This document shows positions 12,741 to 26,819 of a stretch of DNA of 64,000 bases, in pieces (position 1 is the stretch's first letter; the number at the start of each line of letters is the position of its first letter). This DNA comes from the human T2T-CHM13v2.0 reference genome, Homo sapiens: assembly GCF_009914755.1 (NCBI RefSeq), contig NC_060925.1; one strand, written 5' to 3'. The notes beneath the pieces are model-generated. The model was not told the origin of the DNA. It was given only the letters and a program-made list of their open reading frames with translations, and searched no databases. The translations under genes were made by a program, and so were the position numbers.

Positions 12741-14976
12741 GGAGGCTTCAACAAACTACCAACAGAAAATCAAACACTGTGTTTTCTCACTTAAAAGTGG
12801 GAGCTGAACAATGAGAACAGATGGACAAAGGGAGGGAAACAACACACAGTGGGGCCTGTTGGGAGGAGGGAAGAGAGATAGCATTGGGATAAATAGCTAA
12901 TGCATGTGGGGCTCACCTACGTGAGGGGTTGATAGGTGCAGCAATCCACCATGACACACGTTTACCTATGTAACAAACCTGCAGGTCTTGTACATGTATC
13001 CTGGATTTTAAAATAAAATAAAATATTTTTTAAAGTCTCTGTCCTCAAAGAGTGGTAAATTTTTAAAAAATAGAAAATATAATTACATAAAGGTACTGCT
13101 GAAATCAGAGACTTAATTGCTAATAAAAACAATTCATGCAACCCAGTGTGATTATTTTTAATAATAATGGACATTTTAATATGTCTTTTGTTTTTTTCTG
13201 TGGAAATACACTAAAATATAACATCTGGGGACGTTTGGTATCTCGATGTTTAACAGGTATTATCAGTTTTCCAAAAATATTTTACCAGCTTACTTGCCCA
13301 TCAGTGACTCTTAAGTTAGTATGGGGAGCCACATCCTATCCAACAAGCTCTAGTACCAATCTTTGTAGTTTGTCAATTAAATAGGTGTAGGTTTTATAGT
13401 TTATTATTAGATTATTAAAATAGAATAAATAGAATAACTAGGTAAATAAAAGCAGAACATCTATGGACATATGTTTAGAGTGTGTCCTATCCCCAGAATT
13501 AAAATTAATCCAATTTGTGCCTCTGCTGTCCAATAAAATAATTCCTTAAGAATACAGAGATCAGATATTCATTTGAGGAACCATTCTAATATGGTTTTCA
13601 CCTACTCATGACAACAAAATTACTCTTATCAAAGCACAAACAGTATCCATATTGTTAAATTATGAATTGAAGCACAATTTTTCAGTTCTCATCTTAATTT
13701 ATGTATCAGCAGCATTTGGCACAGTTGATCTCTCTCTCCTTTTTGAACAACATCCTTGATAGAATTCCAGAACAGATATTTTTAAATATAATAATAAGGG
13801 CATAAAATGACTTTAAAAGTATTCAGAAATAGAGAAAAATAAATTTAAATTACATAAAATATATTTAAAAAGATGTTTTGTCCTTTTTTGCCCTTGAATA
13901 AAGGGGGCACATATTTTAAATGCCATGCATTTTATTTTAAAATTTAGGAAATGCTCACAGTTTCCCACACTAAAATTTACAGGAACAGTGATAATATAAT
14001 CAAGCAATAACAATATGAAATTCAATAGATTTTTCTAGACTGATGTATTTTCTTGATTAAAAGACTATTTTTAAAAGTCTAAATATGCACTTAAAGAAAA
14101 CTATTATTTACTGATCCAGTTATTTGACAACACTACTTGTCCTTTATGGGGTTTTTCATACCATATATTTATTATTGCAATTGGTTTTTTGATATTTCAA
14201 TCAGAAATTTTTAATTGTATTGCTGGTTGGCTTGGTCTGTTGAATCTTTGTTTTTATTATATTGTTTATTCATTACAGGTTAGCTCTGCTAGTGCAAATT
14301 GTGACGTGAAAAGCTTGAGACACTTTGTAAATTTTAAAGCAAAGAGCGTGGTATTTAAATACGTGTTCCTTAATATTTGGAGGACATGTTAACACCAAGT
14401 AAACCCAGAGTCTGTATTTTATAGTAGTAACAGGAGAATGTTTTCAATTTTTTCTAAAGTTTTTTAAAAATAAACATTCTGTATTCAGAACATTTTTAAT
14501 AACAGAACAAATATTTAGTGTTTAATTAAACGAAATGTGGTTTCATTGAAAAGGAAATGGTTAATATAAATTAGATAAATTTCTAATTTAAAAACTAATT
14601 TAAGAAAAATAATGCTTGAAGATCAGTGGTCATGGAATTTAATCCAGAGAAGGGAGGTTTATCCTTTTCTGCTTGTAGTAACAAAAGAATACAGGCCAAT
14701 ATTATAGGGATAGACATAAAAATATAGCATAACATTTTATTTTAAAAACAAAGTCACTTTTTTATACATGTATTAAATGTTTGACAACAAAGAACAAAAA
14801 AAAGTGAAGTTTTCATGCTCACTTTTGGGGGGTGTTATGGGACACAAGCACAGAAAACTGTGAGAAATAAAATTTTCATCCTGGCTTGGTGTGGGCAGAA
14901 CCCAACAGCCTGAGGACAACCTCAGCATGTGTGGTTTTGTTAGGCCACAGTCCCTCTGTATAAAAACTATGCTTAT

Positions 14977-15308
<332 letters not shown>

Positions 15309-17664
15309 TTATTTAAAGAGAATTGAAGTCTCAGTGAGAAAAATAACTACTACTAACCTCAAAACAGCATGTATGGCTCATCATTTGAGGTACTCTGACT
15401 ATATAACTTGTTCAACTGTGTTACCATTCTATAAGGCTTATAATTTGTATCTTTTAAAACCAGAATAATTTCAAATTTGAAATAGATTACTTAGAGAAGT
15501 AAATTTTAATATACAAACCCCTATATATTTGTATCATTTATATCTATACCTATGCTTACATGTGTGTTTGTGAATATGTGTGTGATTCTGTTATGTAAAT
15601 GCTTCCCTCAGACAAACAAGCATTCTTCTACTTGTAATTAAATTTGCTCTGTGTTAGTTTGAGCTTTTTACCTCTGACATTAGATGGCACAAGTATATAG
15701 GATTTTGAAACATGAAATAAGTAAACCTTTCATTTTATAAAAATTTATTTTAAATTTTTCAGATTAAAAAATTGAATCAATTGCAAAAGTATTTGCTTTC
15801 CAACTAAATAATGAAAGGTTAGGATAATGTCCTCATTACTTTAAAAACTTTGCTTTTCATTATGTCAAATACATTTTATCTGCCACAATATTTTATTGAG
15901 AGCATACATTTTCTGATATATGGGATTCATTGACATGTAAATAGTAAAAGATTATTGATGTTAATATCACATGAGACAATTCAGCAGAGAAGCAAATGCA
16001 AAAGCATTCTTCTGTGTCTTGTAAATTTTACAGGAGCACACAAACGTTGACACAATGGTGATAGACACAGATATTAAAATTATTTGGAAAATGGTTTGCA
16101 TTTATAGTATTAACAAGCTATTAAGGTATTGGTGGTCTTAGACATTATTTCCCACAAAGGCCCACATCTTTGCATTAGAAAAATCAGAGAGGAAGAGTGA
16201 AGAGAAAGCACTATCATTATTCCTAGAGAACTAAACTAGAAAAATATGAAGCAGACTAGAGGATGATTGTCCACATATTTCATTGAGGAAGCTATCTCAT
16301 AATTTCTGCTGAATTTTTTACTATAATGATAAATGATTGGTTTGAGTTTATTAGATATCGTTTTTTTTTTTGTCTTTTACCGGGTTGTAGAAATTGTCTC
16401 CATCTAAAATTTCACTGTTTTTTCACCTTTATTGTTCTAATAGAAATTCGTTTTCTGCATATAAAAATTTTAGTGCAGAAATGTAGACATGTTCCAGGTT
16501 GCTCTGATCTATCAAACAGACATAAAAGCAGAGGAAAGGAAATGTGTGATCAATATCATGCAACAAGGATACCGATAGGGTCACACTGACATATTTTACG
16601 TCCAGTTTGTGAGCAAAGATGCCAGTAAATTCTGACAGGAAGCAGCAGTACTTTTGCTAAATTGCTATAATAAATCGTTAAGCTCTTTTAAAAGCTGGGA
16701 GGTGTCGTGGGTGGGGGGATGTGTAATACAGAACTTTATAACTTGTGAAAATTAGCTATAAATTAGGGCATGAAAGGAACAGCAAGAGCAGGATGTAGCT
16801 TTTTTTTCAAACTGTACTTAAAGATTATTTGATCTTCATTTATAGATCCTTTAAAATAATATTTAGTTAGTATATATCCTAATGAAGGGTAGGCATGGAG
16901 TCAAAATAATTTTATGTAAGGTGATATATTTTAATAAATATGCTTTCTTTTTTCTTTTTGTTTCAGGCTATCTCTGAGTAATGAAATAGACCAGTGAACG
17001 ATATCAATATTCTCATATTTAAACTTACAATGAATATCTCTTTAAAAGCTAGAATATAACATTTTGTCTTTGTCTATATAATTGAGACCCTTGAAAGGAA
17101 AAGGAAATGTATCCATATGTACTTGAATGTTGGTTTAAAAAGTAGAGACTAATATGTCTCAACACATATTTTATTAATCATATGTATTATGCCAGACTGA
17201 AGGGATGCATCTGGTTAATTGACTATGTGTGGGTCATTGATTTCCCACATGAAATGAATAATGGAATTAAAGGATATGGTATTTATAGAGAAGGAAAATA
17301 GCACTTAGGACATCAATTGACTTTCCTAATATCAGACTATGTACACTCAGGGCAGGATATAGACTGTATAGCATGATGCCCATTTCCAACTAAGTGTCTC
17401 ATTCTCAAATTTTGAATGACAATTTGAGTAATTTAAATAATATTTTTAAATTCTATACTTTTAATATGATCTTTAATAATTTAAAAGGCAATGATATATT
17501 TTATATCTTCTAAAATAATTCATTTCAAATTTTCCCATTTTTACTTCACATTAATTGAAAACACAGTACATAAATACATTGTTTGGTAAAAATGAAAGCA
17601 TTATGGATATTTCAAAATTCAGTTTTACTCTCTATTCCCTGTGTTGTTCTCCTCACCAAAAGTA

Positions 17665-18645
17665 ACGTTTTTCAGTTACTATGGCTGAATAACATACAAA
17701 GTCATAATTTAGAGGTTTATTATATTTATTTTGTTCACAAGTCTGTGATTTTTTCCGGGCTCAGAGGAGATACTGAAGGCTAGTGGCTAGAACAATCTTA
17801 AAGCTGGTTCAATTGCATTTGATTATGGTAATTGGCTGAGTTATTAGATGAAAGTGTCAGCTGCAACAGCTGAACTTTGTTTCTGCATATGGACTGGACA
17901 TCCTCACAAGATGGTGGCTAATTTACAAAGCTAAGTGTTCTGAAAAAAAAAAAAAAAAAAGGAAATAAGAAACTATCTCCTTTTGTAATATGGCCTTGGA
18001 AATTACACAGAATTACTTGTGCCGCATTCTTCTCTTCAATCACAAAATCACTCCTAGTTTCAAAGGGAGGACATATAGATTCTACCTCCTAACAGAGGAG
18101 GCACAATTCTGGAAGTTCATTTGAAACCATACATGTTGCTGTAATCATGTCTGGAGAATACATTCTGACACAGCTCATCCCCTTTCCACAGCAATTTGCA
18201 TTTTTTCACATGCAAAATACAACCATCCCCTTCTCAAAGCCTCTTAAATGTTTATCTTATTGTGGCTGGAAGGTGGACCAGTCACCTAACAGCTCTGAGG
18301 ACCAATCCAATTAGGTATGAGTTTATATGATGCTCCTTGAGTATACTTCCTTAATTATAGATCCTTGAGTATAATTCCTATCAATCTGAAAAACCTATGT
18401 ACAATAGACTTGACACACACCCAATACATGATAGTGAGACAGGCATAGGATAACCACTATAGTCCCTTCAATTAAAAAGAGAAAACAAGGGGCCCACATG
18501 AGTCAATGGTCCATAGCAATTGCAAAATCCAGGTAGGTATACATTGGTTTAATTCTACTGCCTGAAAAGAATTCTTGACTGTTTTTGTGGTTCTTCTTAT
18601 TTCCTTCTGAAATGTCCTTCCTTTTACATGTGTCTCTCCAGCTTC
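17665..18645 (-). mobile_element. MaLR MLT1 (G/H-type) LTR plus adjoining internal sequence
   Basis: 'catcctcacaagatggtggct', 'gccttggaaattacacag', 'ttcaaagggaggacatatagattctacctc', then int-like 'cacatgcaaaatacaaccatcccc'. Confidence 0.55.
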
Positions 18646-18689
18646 ATCTCAGTAGTTTTCTCTGTCTGACTCATCTGGGTTATCTGGGA

Positions 18690-19150
18690 AATTATGTAGA
18701 AATATGTAAGAGAAGTATTTTGAAACAGATGCTATGATTAGTCTCAATGACGTAGAGTAAAATATGCTTATAGCAAATGAAAATATATGAAATATCAGCA
18801 GAGAAATACAAATTATAAGAAGGAAACATATAGAATTGAAAAATATATCAAACACTAAATTTTTTGATAGGCTAAACCACAGAATGGAGTTAGAAAACTG
18901 AATATGTGAACTTGAAAATAGATCAAAAGAAGTGATAAAATCTGAAGAAAAAAAGTAGAAAGGTAAAAGTGGAAAACATAGGATGATATTAATGGATATA
19001 ACTCCAAGAAGTTTAAAGAATAAAATAAAATACCAACACATGCCCAATATTTTTTGTCCATGTATGTAATGTGCATACTATTATGTGTGTAATGTGTGTG
19101 TATATAATAATAATAATTATTATTATTACATGAAGAACTATTGGGCAATT
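18690..19150 (+). mobile_element. Old L1M(E) ORF1-region fragment
   Basis: 'aatatcagcagagaaata...tgtgaacttgaaaatagatcaaaagaagtgataaaatctgaaga'. Confidence 0.6.
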
Positions 19151-19575
19151 TTTTTTTTCCAAATTTAATTTAAATATAAATTGGTAACTAGATGTAGTTT
19201 CAGCCAATCAACACTCAAATCAGAATTTTAAGAGTTGCGTACACAAACTAGTTGTAATAGAAAATAATACGTTTAAAATTTTTATTGGAGAATGTGTCAC
19301 GGGTAATCTATAGTATTCAGTGAAATATAGTTACTTAAGTATATCACTTCTGCTCATGAGCTATAATATGTGTGCTAAGGAAGACTTGGCAATTCCAGTG
19401 GCCGCTACACTATAACTATTAAAGATATTTCAAGAATACAGTAACTATTGGGAGCAGCAACTGTTTCTGGAAAGCTTAAAAAGACAGCACATAAGCTCAG
19501 GATTTTAAATTATCAACGTAGCTCATTCAGAGTATCAGAAATCTAGTGTGACTTACCTCATAAAATTTATCTTTT

Positions 19576-19904
<329 letters not shown>

Positions 19905-19954
19905 TCACAGGCCAATGTCTGACCCTTCAAGTTGCTAAAGTAACATTTCATTTC

Positions 19955-21430
19955 TTTATAATAAGCATTTATTGTCTTTTTAATGCAAGGCATTACTCTA
20001 AGCAATGAAATTAAGTTGAATTCTCAGTGATAGGAGGTAAACTACAGATGAACAAAATAAATGAGAAGTTGTGTACTATGTCAAATGTGGAAACATTCTA
20101 CGAAGAAAAATAAAGGTTAGGAGTTCCTATGTAATTCCCAGGGAGCGATATCATTTTAAGTAGGAAGATCAGAGACTGTTTCGTTTGGAAAGGGACATTT
20201 AAGGAAAACAATGTCATAAGACATCAAGGTAAAACAATTCCCATGGATGAGAAAGCCACAAGGAGAGAGAATTGCATATGCAAAGGTTGTGAGGCAGAAT
20301 TAGGCAAGGTGTTATCACGAACTACCAGAAGGCTAGAAGGCTGGAATGAGTAAGCGGAAGTAAGAAGGTAAAAATGGTCTAGGATGCATAGGAATTTGAG
20401 AGTATTAAAAGGTGAATTGGCATCTATACTCTGAAACAAACAAAAGCCATTAGAGGATTTGAAATATGATTTTTAAAAATCTGAGTTATATGTTTAAAAT
20501 ATTTCTCAGTAGAAAATAAACTATAGGAGGGTAAGAGAAAAGTTTCCAAAAAATGTTAGGGAGTTTTGCAATATTCAAAAAAAAAAAAAAAAAGGTTTTG
20601 ATTTTCTCCGAGGTGAATACAGTGAATGTAAAGAACCCTGATGAGACTCTATATATACCTTGGAACTAGAGCTGATACCGATGGCTGAGAGACTAAAGAC
20701 ATGAGAAAAGGAGGGGAGTTAGAAATGACATCAGGAATTGTTAGTTTAAATAAATGAAAAGTTTACATTTTCATTTACTGAGATGGGAAAGACTGTGAAT
20801 GAGTACGTTTCAGGCTATGGAGGAAACCAGAAAATCAACCTGTAGATGTGAAGTTTGAGATACCCAATGAGGAGTTGCACATGGAAGCCTGAAGTACAGG
20901 AAAAAAGATCTAGATTGGAGAAATTATCAGTTTATAGATGGCATTTAAAGGCATGATACCAAGAAAGTGAGCAAAGATGTATGTGAAGAGACCATGACTG
21001 AGCTATGGGACTCTACAGTATTTAAAAGTCTGGGAATAAGAACTAATTAAAACATAAGGCTTTGAATAAGTAGGAAGAGGGTTGTAAGGAAAATCAGTTG
21101 AACATGGTATGCTAAAATCCAAGGAAAAAATGTGTCTTTGGAAAAGTGTATAATTAATTGCATTAAGTCCTACCGTTAACTAAGATGAGACTGAGAATGC
21201 ATTCTTATATTTAGTCTATGGGTGTCATTAGTGATTTTGAAGAATCTTTTGGTAGAGAGGTGTACAAAAATGTTGTATTTGACTAACAGGGGCAGTGGGA
21301 AAAGAGGATGTTGGAACAGTCTCCATAAACTTTCAGATGACATTTTGTCTAAAGGTGACACTGGGCACAAACAAGAAAAGAAATTGGAGCCAAGATAAAT
21401 TCGTTTTTCTGCAGAATGGGAGAGATTAAA
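19955..21430 (-). mobile_element. L2 LINE 3' fragment
   Basis: Antisense L2 text 'catttattg...ggcattactctaagc', 'tgcaaaggttgtgaggcagaa', 'catttactgagatgggaaagactg', 'gtgaagtttgagatacc'. Confidence 0.8.
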
Positions 21431-22210
21431 CTGCACACATTTAAAGTGTAATAAGTTTCCATGTAAGTGTGTACTCCATTAAGGTACCACCACAGTCAAG
21501 AAAATGAACATATTTCTTGCCTTAAACCTATCCTCATGCTCTTTTGTAATCCCTTCCTCTTACTTTTTCCCACATCCCCAGGCAATCACTCCTCTGCTTT
21601 CTGTCAAAACAAATTTGTATTTCCTGTAATTTTATACAAAGTTATATCCTATATACTCTTTTGTCTGATATATTTCACTCAGTATAATTATTTTATCATT
21701 CATCCATTTGGTCAAATCAATAGTTTATTTCATTGTTTTGCTGAGTGTATGTTTTTCCTCATTTCAGCCTTAGAAGAGATCCCAGCTCTGCACAACACCA
21801 TGATTTCAGCTTAGTGAGAGGCTCTGGAGCAGACTCTGGTCCAGCTTAGACACGCCTAGATTCCTGACCAACAGAGACCATGAGATAGTAAAGATGTGTT
21901 GTTTAAGCTGCCAAGTGTGTTTTAACATTGCTGTGCAGCAACAGATAATTAATATGCTATTCCTACATCCTCTTTGGTGAAATATCTCTTCACATCTTTT
22001 GTCCACTTTTTGATTGGGTTGTTTTCGTTCCTGTGTGCTTTGACAGTGCTTTATATATTCTGGATAAAAGCCCATAGTCAGAGATATCTTTTGCAAATAT
22101 TTTCTTCATGGCCTGTCTGATCATTATATTAACAGTGTCTTTCAAAAAAAATTTTAACTATGATGAAGTCTAGTTTGTCCACTTTTTATTTTATAAATTA
22201 TGTTTTTGGC
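21430..22210 (-). mobile_element. L1MB/ME 3' fragment interrupted by an MLT1 piece
   Basis: 'ccccaggcaatcact...tttcactcagtataatt' and 'tctttggtgaaatatctcttcacatcttttgtccac'. Confidence 0.7.
21770..21955 (+). mobile_element. MLT1 (F-type) LTR 3' part
   Basis: 'gattcctgaccaacagagaccatgagatagtaaa...gtttaagctgccaag...gcagcaacagataattaata'. Confidence 0.7.
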
Positions 22211-23052
22211 ACTAGACTGACTGATTCTTGACCAACAGTACATGCCATAAATATTTAGGATGCAATTTCAAGACACTAATTTTTAGAATTCTTTGTATAC
22301 TTACTGAATCCAAATCTAGCTAAACAGATTTTAAGTGTATCTGTGCATTAAAAGTAAAATATTTGCTGTTGCCATTGCTTTTGTTTGAATAAAATAGAGG
22401 ACTGTAGTAAATGATATAACTTTCTGTCATCATATATTTTATTTAAATTTAGGCAAAAATATTCATTGCAAATAAAGTTCTATAGGTACAAAAATATTTA
22501 GTTTTTGGTTTTGACTAGGAAATGGTTTGACGATTTGTGAATAATGTCATAATTTTTTATAGAAAATATTTAGAAATATTCAAGGAAAATTTTTCTTTGG
22601 TAGGATCTAACACCAGGAATCTAATCTATAGATAATGTGATATATATAATTAGAAGTGAATTTTAGTATAAATTAAATAAGGTCGTTTATTTTATGTTTA
22701 AATATCAACATGTAACATTTTCTTTCTTGATTAATTTTGTAACAGACAAGTAATGCCATGTTTCTCACAATCAGATACAGTTCATGAATCTGATTTATTA
22801 AATAAGGTTTTAAAATAGTTGATACTGATATTTAAAAATTATTAAGTGGAACTAATAGTTATGTTTAGAAAATAATATATTTCCAAATGTACTAATTAAT
22901 CATTTATAATTATTTATAGAAACAATACTTTATCATTACATGTGCTTTCCTCAAAATAGTATATTAAAAATTAAAAAGTTGATTTTATGTAATTATAGGT
23001 AGTATTTGATATGTCATATATAAAAGTTTATATGACTAAAATTGTGTTTAAG

Positions 23053-23356
<304 letters not shown>

Positions 23357-24549
23357 TTAAGTTTTTAGCTCTTTAATGGGCAGATGTTTAGACAAGACTT
23401 TAAGCAAACTATAAATAAACTGTAATGTTTTGTCCTATTAAAAATAGATATTTATATCTTAAAGGTCAAGAGTAATGCTTGCTAACTGTATTGCGATTAT
23501 TTTTTATTCTTAAATTGTTGTTCTCTGTAGTGTGAAATTCTTCCACTCTACCCATAGCTAAGCACACAAAGTGGCAATGGCATTACAGAGCAGCTAATCT
23601 ACAGCTAGGAGGTAGCCTAATTGTTTTCTCATAAACATGTGATTATAAAAGCACTCTATAATAGAGAGTGATAATCAAAAACAGAACCACAGCAAAAAGG
23701 GATTTAAATCTCAGACAGAGAATGAAGTAGGTAATACAATGATGTAGGTGGAGAGAAAAAAATTACCTAAAGCCATGACTTATCATCATCCAAGAAATAA
23801 ATAGAGGTACAAAGAGAACTTAGAAGAGACTGGGGGCTGAGTCAACTTATTTGTGGAATATAAGGGAGGCAACTACTGAACTTCAATTTCTGATCTGAAG
23901 ATTTGCTAGACAATTTTTTTTCAATAACTTTCAAGTACCTGAAAAACACCAGTGTGTTTTATGCCTGTCAATGTAGTGACTCAAACAGTTTCAAGTGAGA
24001 AAAATTTCCGTTCTTTTATTTCTTGTATATCCTTACAGAAACTTTAAAAATTAGAATCACCGGGGGATGTGTCTGTTCATTTCAATCTCTTAAATTTTCC
24101 AAGTGATTTAGCCAGCCACTTTGTTAATTGTCATTAGAAAGATCATGAAAGTTTTGCTATTTAGGACCCTTGTCGTGTCAAATTTAGACAAAATGCAGGC
24201 TACAGAAATGGCTGTGATGCCAGGCCATTAAATTAATCATAATTTCCAAGATCAGCGGACTAGGCTCTTACTCTTACTGTCTAAGGAGGTCTGTGACCAT
24301 GAGATTGCCTCACAATATACTGCATGACTGCCTAAATGTAACCAGAAGTCGTCCAGTGCTGACACCCCACCGCTTTCGTGTTTTATGATTGTTTTGTAAT
24401 TCAAGCAAAACATATTCAAATTAACTTGTTTTTAATTCATGGGTTGGGAGATGTGTCTTTTAACTTGGAAATAGGAGCTTTGGAAAAAGCCTGGAGAAAC
24501 AGCTTGTATTTATAATGCTTTTACAACAACAATAACAACATGAACACAG

Positions 24550-24795
24550 CTTCTCCTTTGAGCTATTGCTTTTTGCTAACCTCTTTGTACTCTGTGGCAA
24601 GGGCTTTATCAACATTGTCTGATACAATCTGCACAAACATCTTTGAAGTTAAGCATTATTACTGATATTTTACCGCTGATGAATCTGAAACTTAGCTAAA
24701 TAATGTGTTCAATGTAACACAATTATTAAATGGCAGGGCTATCAGTGAACCTAGACTGGTTTGACCTCTAAGCTCATGCTCTTAACCACCTCATT
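24550..24795 (-). mobile_element. MIR SINE
   Basis: Core 'attttaccgctgatgaatctgaaactt' and end 'gctcatgctcttaaccac' (reverse complement of the MIR 5' end). Confidence 0.7.
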
Positions 24796-25234
24796 ATCCT
24801 GACTTCATGCTTTGTAAAGCATGATATGGTAAGATGTATGCATTACTTCAGTTGGCTAATTCAATATTATGTGAAGTAGACCTTCCTAATGTTGTCATCA
24901 TCTTACAGATAATAAAATCAACATTTAGAGATTACACTAAAAACAAGATTGTTTATTGAACCATATCAAAGAGTTTAAGGAAAACGTTTACTGTGGCATT
25001 GCCATTAGTTTTCTATAATGTTTTGCATATTGTCTACTTTGACTTATTTAAAGGTAAAAAATGAGTGATTAAAGTTTTGAGAGATGGAGTGGCAGACCCC
25101 ATGCTTGGAAATTGACTAGCCCAAAAAATAAATAGAGATACAAGAGAAATAGAGGTCTAAAGGAGAATAGGGGTAATTGTGAAGCTTCTGTGAATTGTTT
25201 GATCAATCTAGTTACCAGTGATATTGGCCTGGAT

Positions 25235-25441
25235 GCATGTTGTCCAGTACAGTAGCCACTAGCCACATATGGCTACTTAAATTTAATTTAGTTACAATGA
25301 TATAAAATTTAAAATTCAGTTAGTCACATTAGACACATTTCAAGTTCTTAAAAGCCATGTGTGGGTAGTGGTTAGCATATTTCATAGCATAGATAGAAAA
25401 CATTTCCAGCCTCAGAAAAAAACTGTATTGGAGAGTGCTAG
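25235..25441 (-). mobile_element. MER3 hAT-Charlie MITE
   Basis: 'tgtccagtacagtagccactagccacatatggcta...catttcaagt...gtattggagagtgctag', with internal inverted symmetry. Confidence 0.85.
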
Positions 25442-25984
25442 TCTAGACACTAACACACAGAAATGCCAAATTTGGTTAAGGTTCTATCAAAAGTTAATCT
25501 TCCTACTTGCTGTTAGACAAATACACATTATCAATGCCCTGCTGATATGAAAATGGAGAATCAAATGTATGCTCTTGATGTACAGTAAATGAACAGTTGA
25601 ATCACTGAATACAAACATATAAATCTAAATTCTTGTATTTGGTGATTTGGCCCTGAAATGTAGCCTAGTTTGGTTGAACATGGAAAACACTCTTCTATTT
25701 CTAATCTGCTTATTAAAGATGCTTGAGTTATAGCATTACATGCATTATACAAAATCTATATTTCTGAAGTGTTTTAAAATAGCTTTTTATGTATCACAAG
25801 ATATGTATAGTATAAGGAGCAACTGTGAAATGACTATTAGCATTTTTCACTGCTTATTAAGTGTTTTGTTTTAAAAAATTAATAAGGGGGAAATTATAAT
25901 TGAAGTGTTCCTCCAAAATATTACAATTAGCTAGGAAGTTTCAAGAAACAACTCTGAAGATGGAAATAGAAAGTAAGCAGTATA

Positions 25985-26357
25985 TGTTATGAAATGAAAT
26001 TTTGTTTTCCCCAAAACAAAATTTGAAGCCCTAACTTTTAATGTGGTGGTATTTGGAGGTAAGGCCTTTAGAGGTAATTAGATTTAGATGAGGTCATGAT
26101 GGTAGGGTTCTTGTTATAGGATTAGTGCCCTGCTAAGGAGACACCAGAGAGCTTGCTCTCTCTCTCTCTCCTCCATGTGAGGACACAGAAAGAAAACAGT
26201 GGTCTGCAAGACAAGAAGAGAGCCCTTACCAGGAACCAAACCAGCCAGCACCTTGATCATGGACTTCCCAGTCTCTAGTACTGCGAGAAATGAATGTCTG
26301 TTGTTAAAAGCACCCAGTTTATAGTATTTTCTTATAGCTGCCTGAGCAGACTAATAT
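25985..26357 (+). mobile_element. MLT1A/A0 solo LTR
   Basis: 'ttgaagccctaac...gtatttggagg...ccatgtgaggacacag...caccttgatcatggacttccca...gcagactaata'. Confidence 0.85.
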
Positions 26358-26819
26358 AGCATGTAAATATTATATAATGCCAATCAACAAAATAAACAAT
26401 GTGGTTAACTAACAGATAACTAAGGAATTTGGGGCTGTTATGTCCTAAAGTTTGCCACAAAAATTTTTAAAAGATGCAAATTTTCATTAGTCCAAAGGCT
26501 GGTAGAAAAATATAAAAGCAATTATTTAAGTGAGTTTATTTTTTCTCAAGCACATAGTGTAAAATAATGCCTACCCAATATATCATTTAATCTTCATAAC
26601 AAAATAGTTTCATTCTCTCTGTAATAAACAAATGAGTACATAATTCACAACTGGAGCTTAGGAAAAATTCCCAGTATTCCAGTTAGTAATTAGTTGGCCT
26701 AGAATCAGGAAAATAGACTCTTAACTTAAATGTAAGATGAACTACCATAGTATATTTAGTGAAAAAAATACATTAAAAAACTAAAAAAAAGAAAAAGAAC
26801 ATTGCTAAGTAAGCTTATA

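Larger units (their letters stand above)
6630..13025 (+). mobile_element. Full-length, inactive LINE-1 (L1PA10/L1PA11-like, ~6.4 kb)
   Basis: 5' end 'ggggaggggccaagatagcagactagaa', ~1.2-kb GC-richer 5'UTR, ORF1 and ORF2 remnants, and 3'UTR 'ggataaatagctaatgcatgtgggg...tttacctatgtaacaaacctgca' ending in an A-rich tail. Confidence 0.95.

Noticed and set aside
25235-25441. Internal inverted repeat as a miRNA or structured RNA
   Set aside because: The symmetry is intrinsic to the MER3 MITE, and the sequence gives no evidence of expression.
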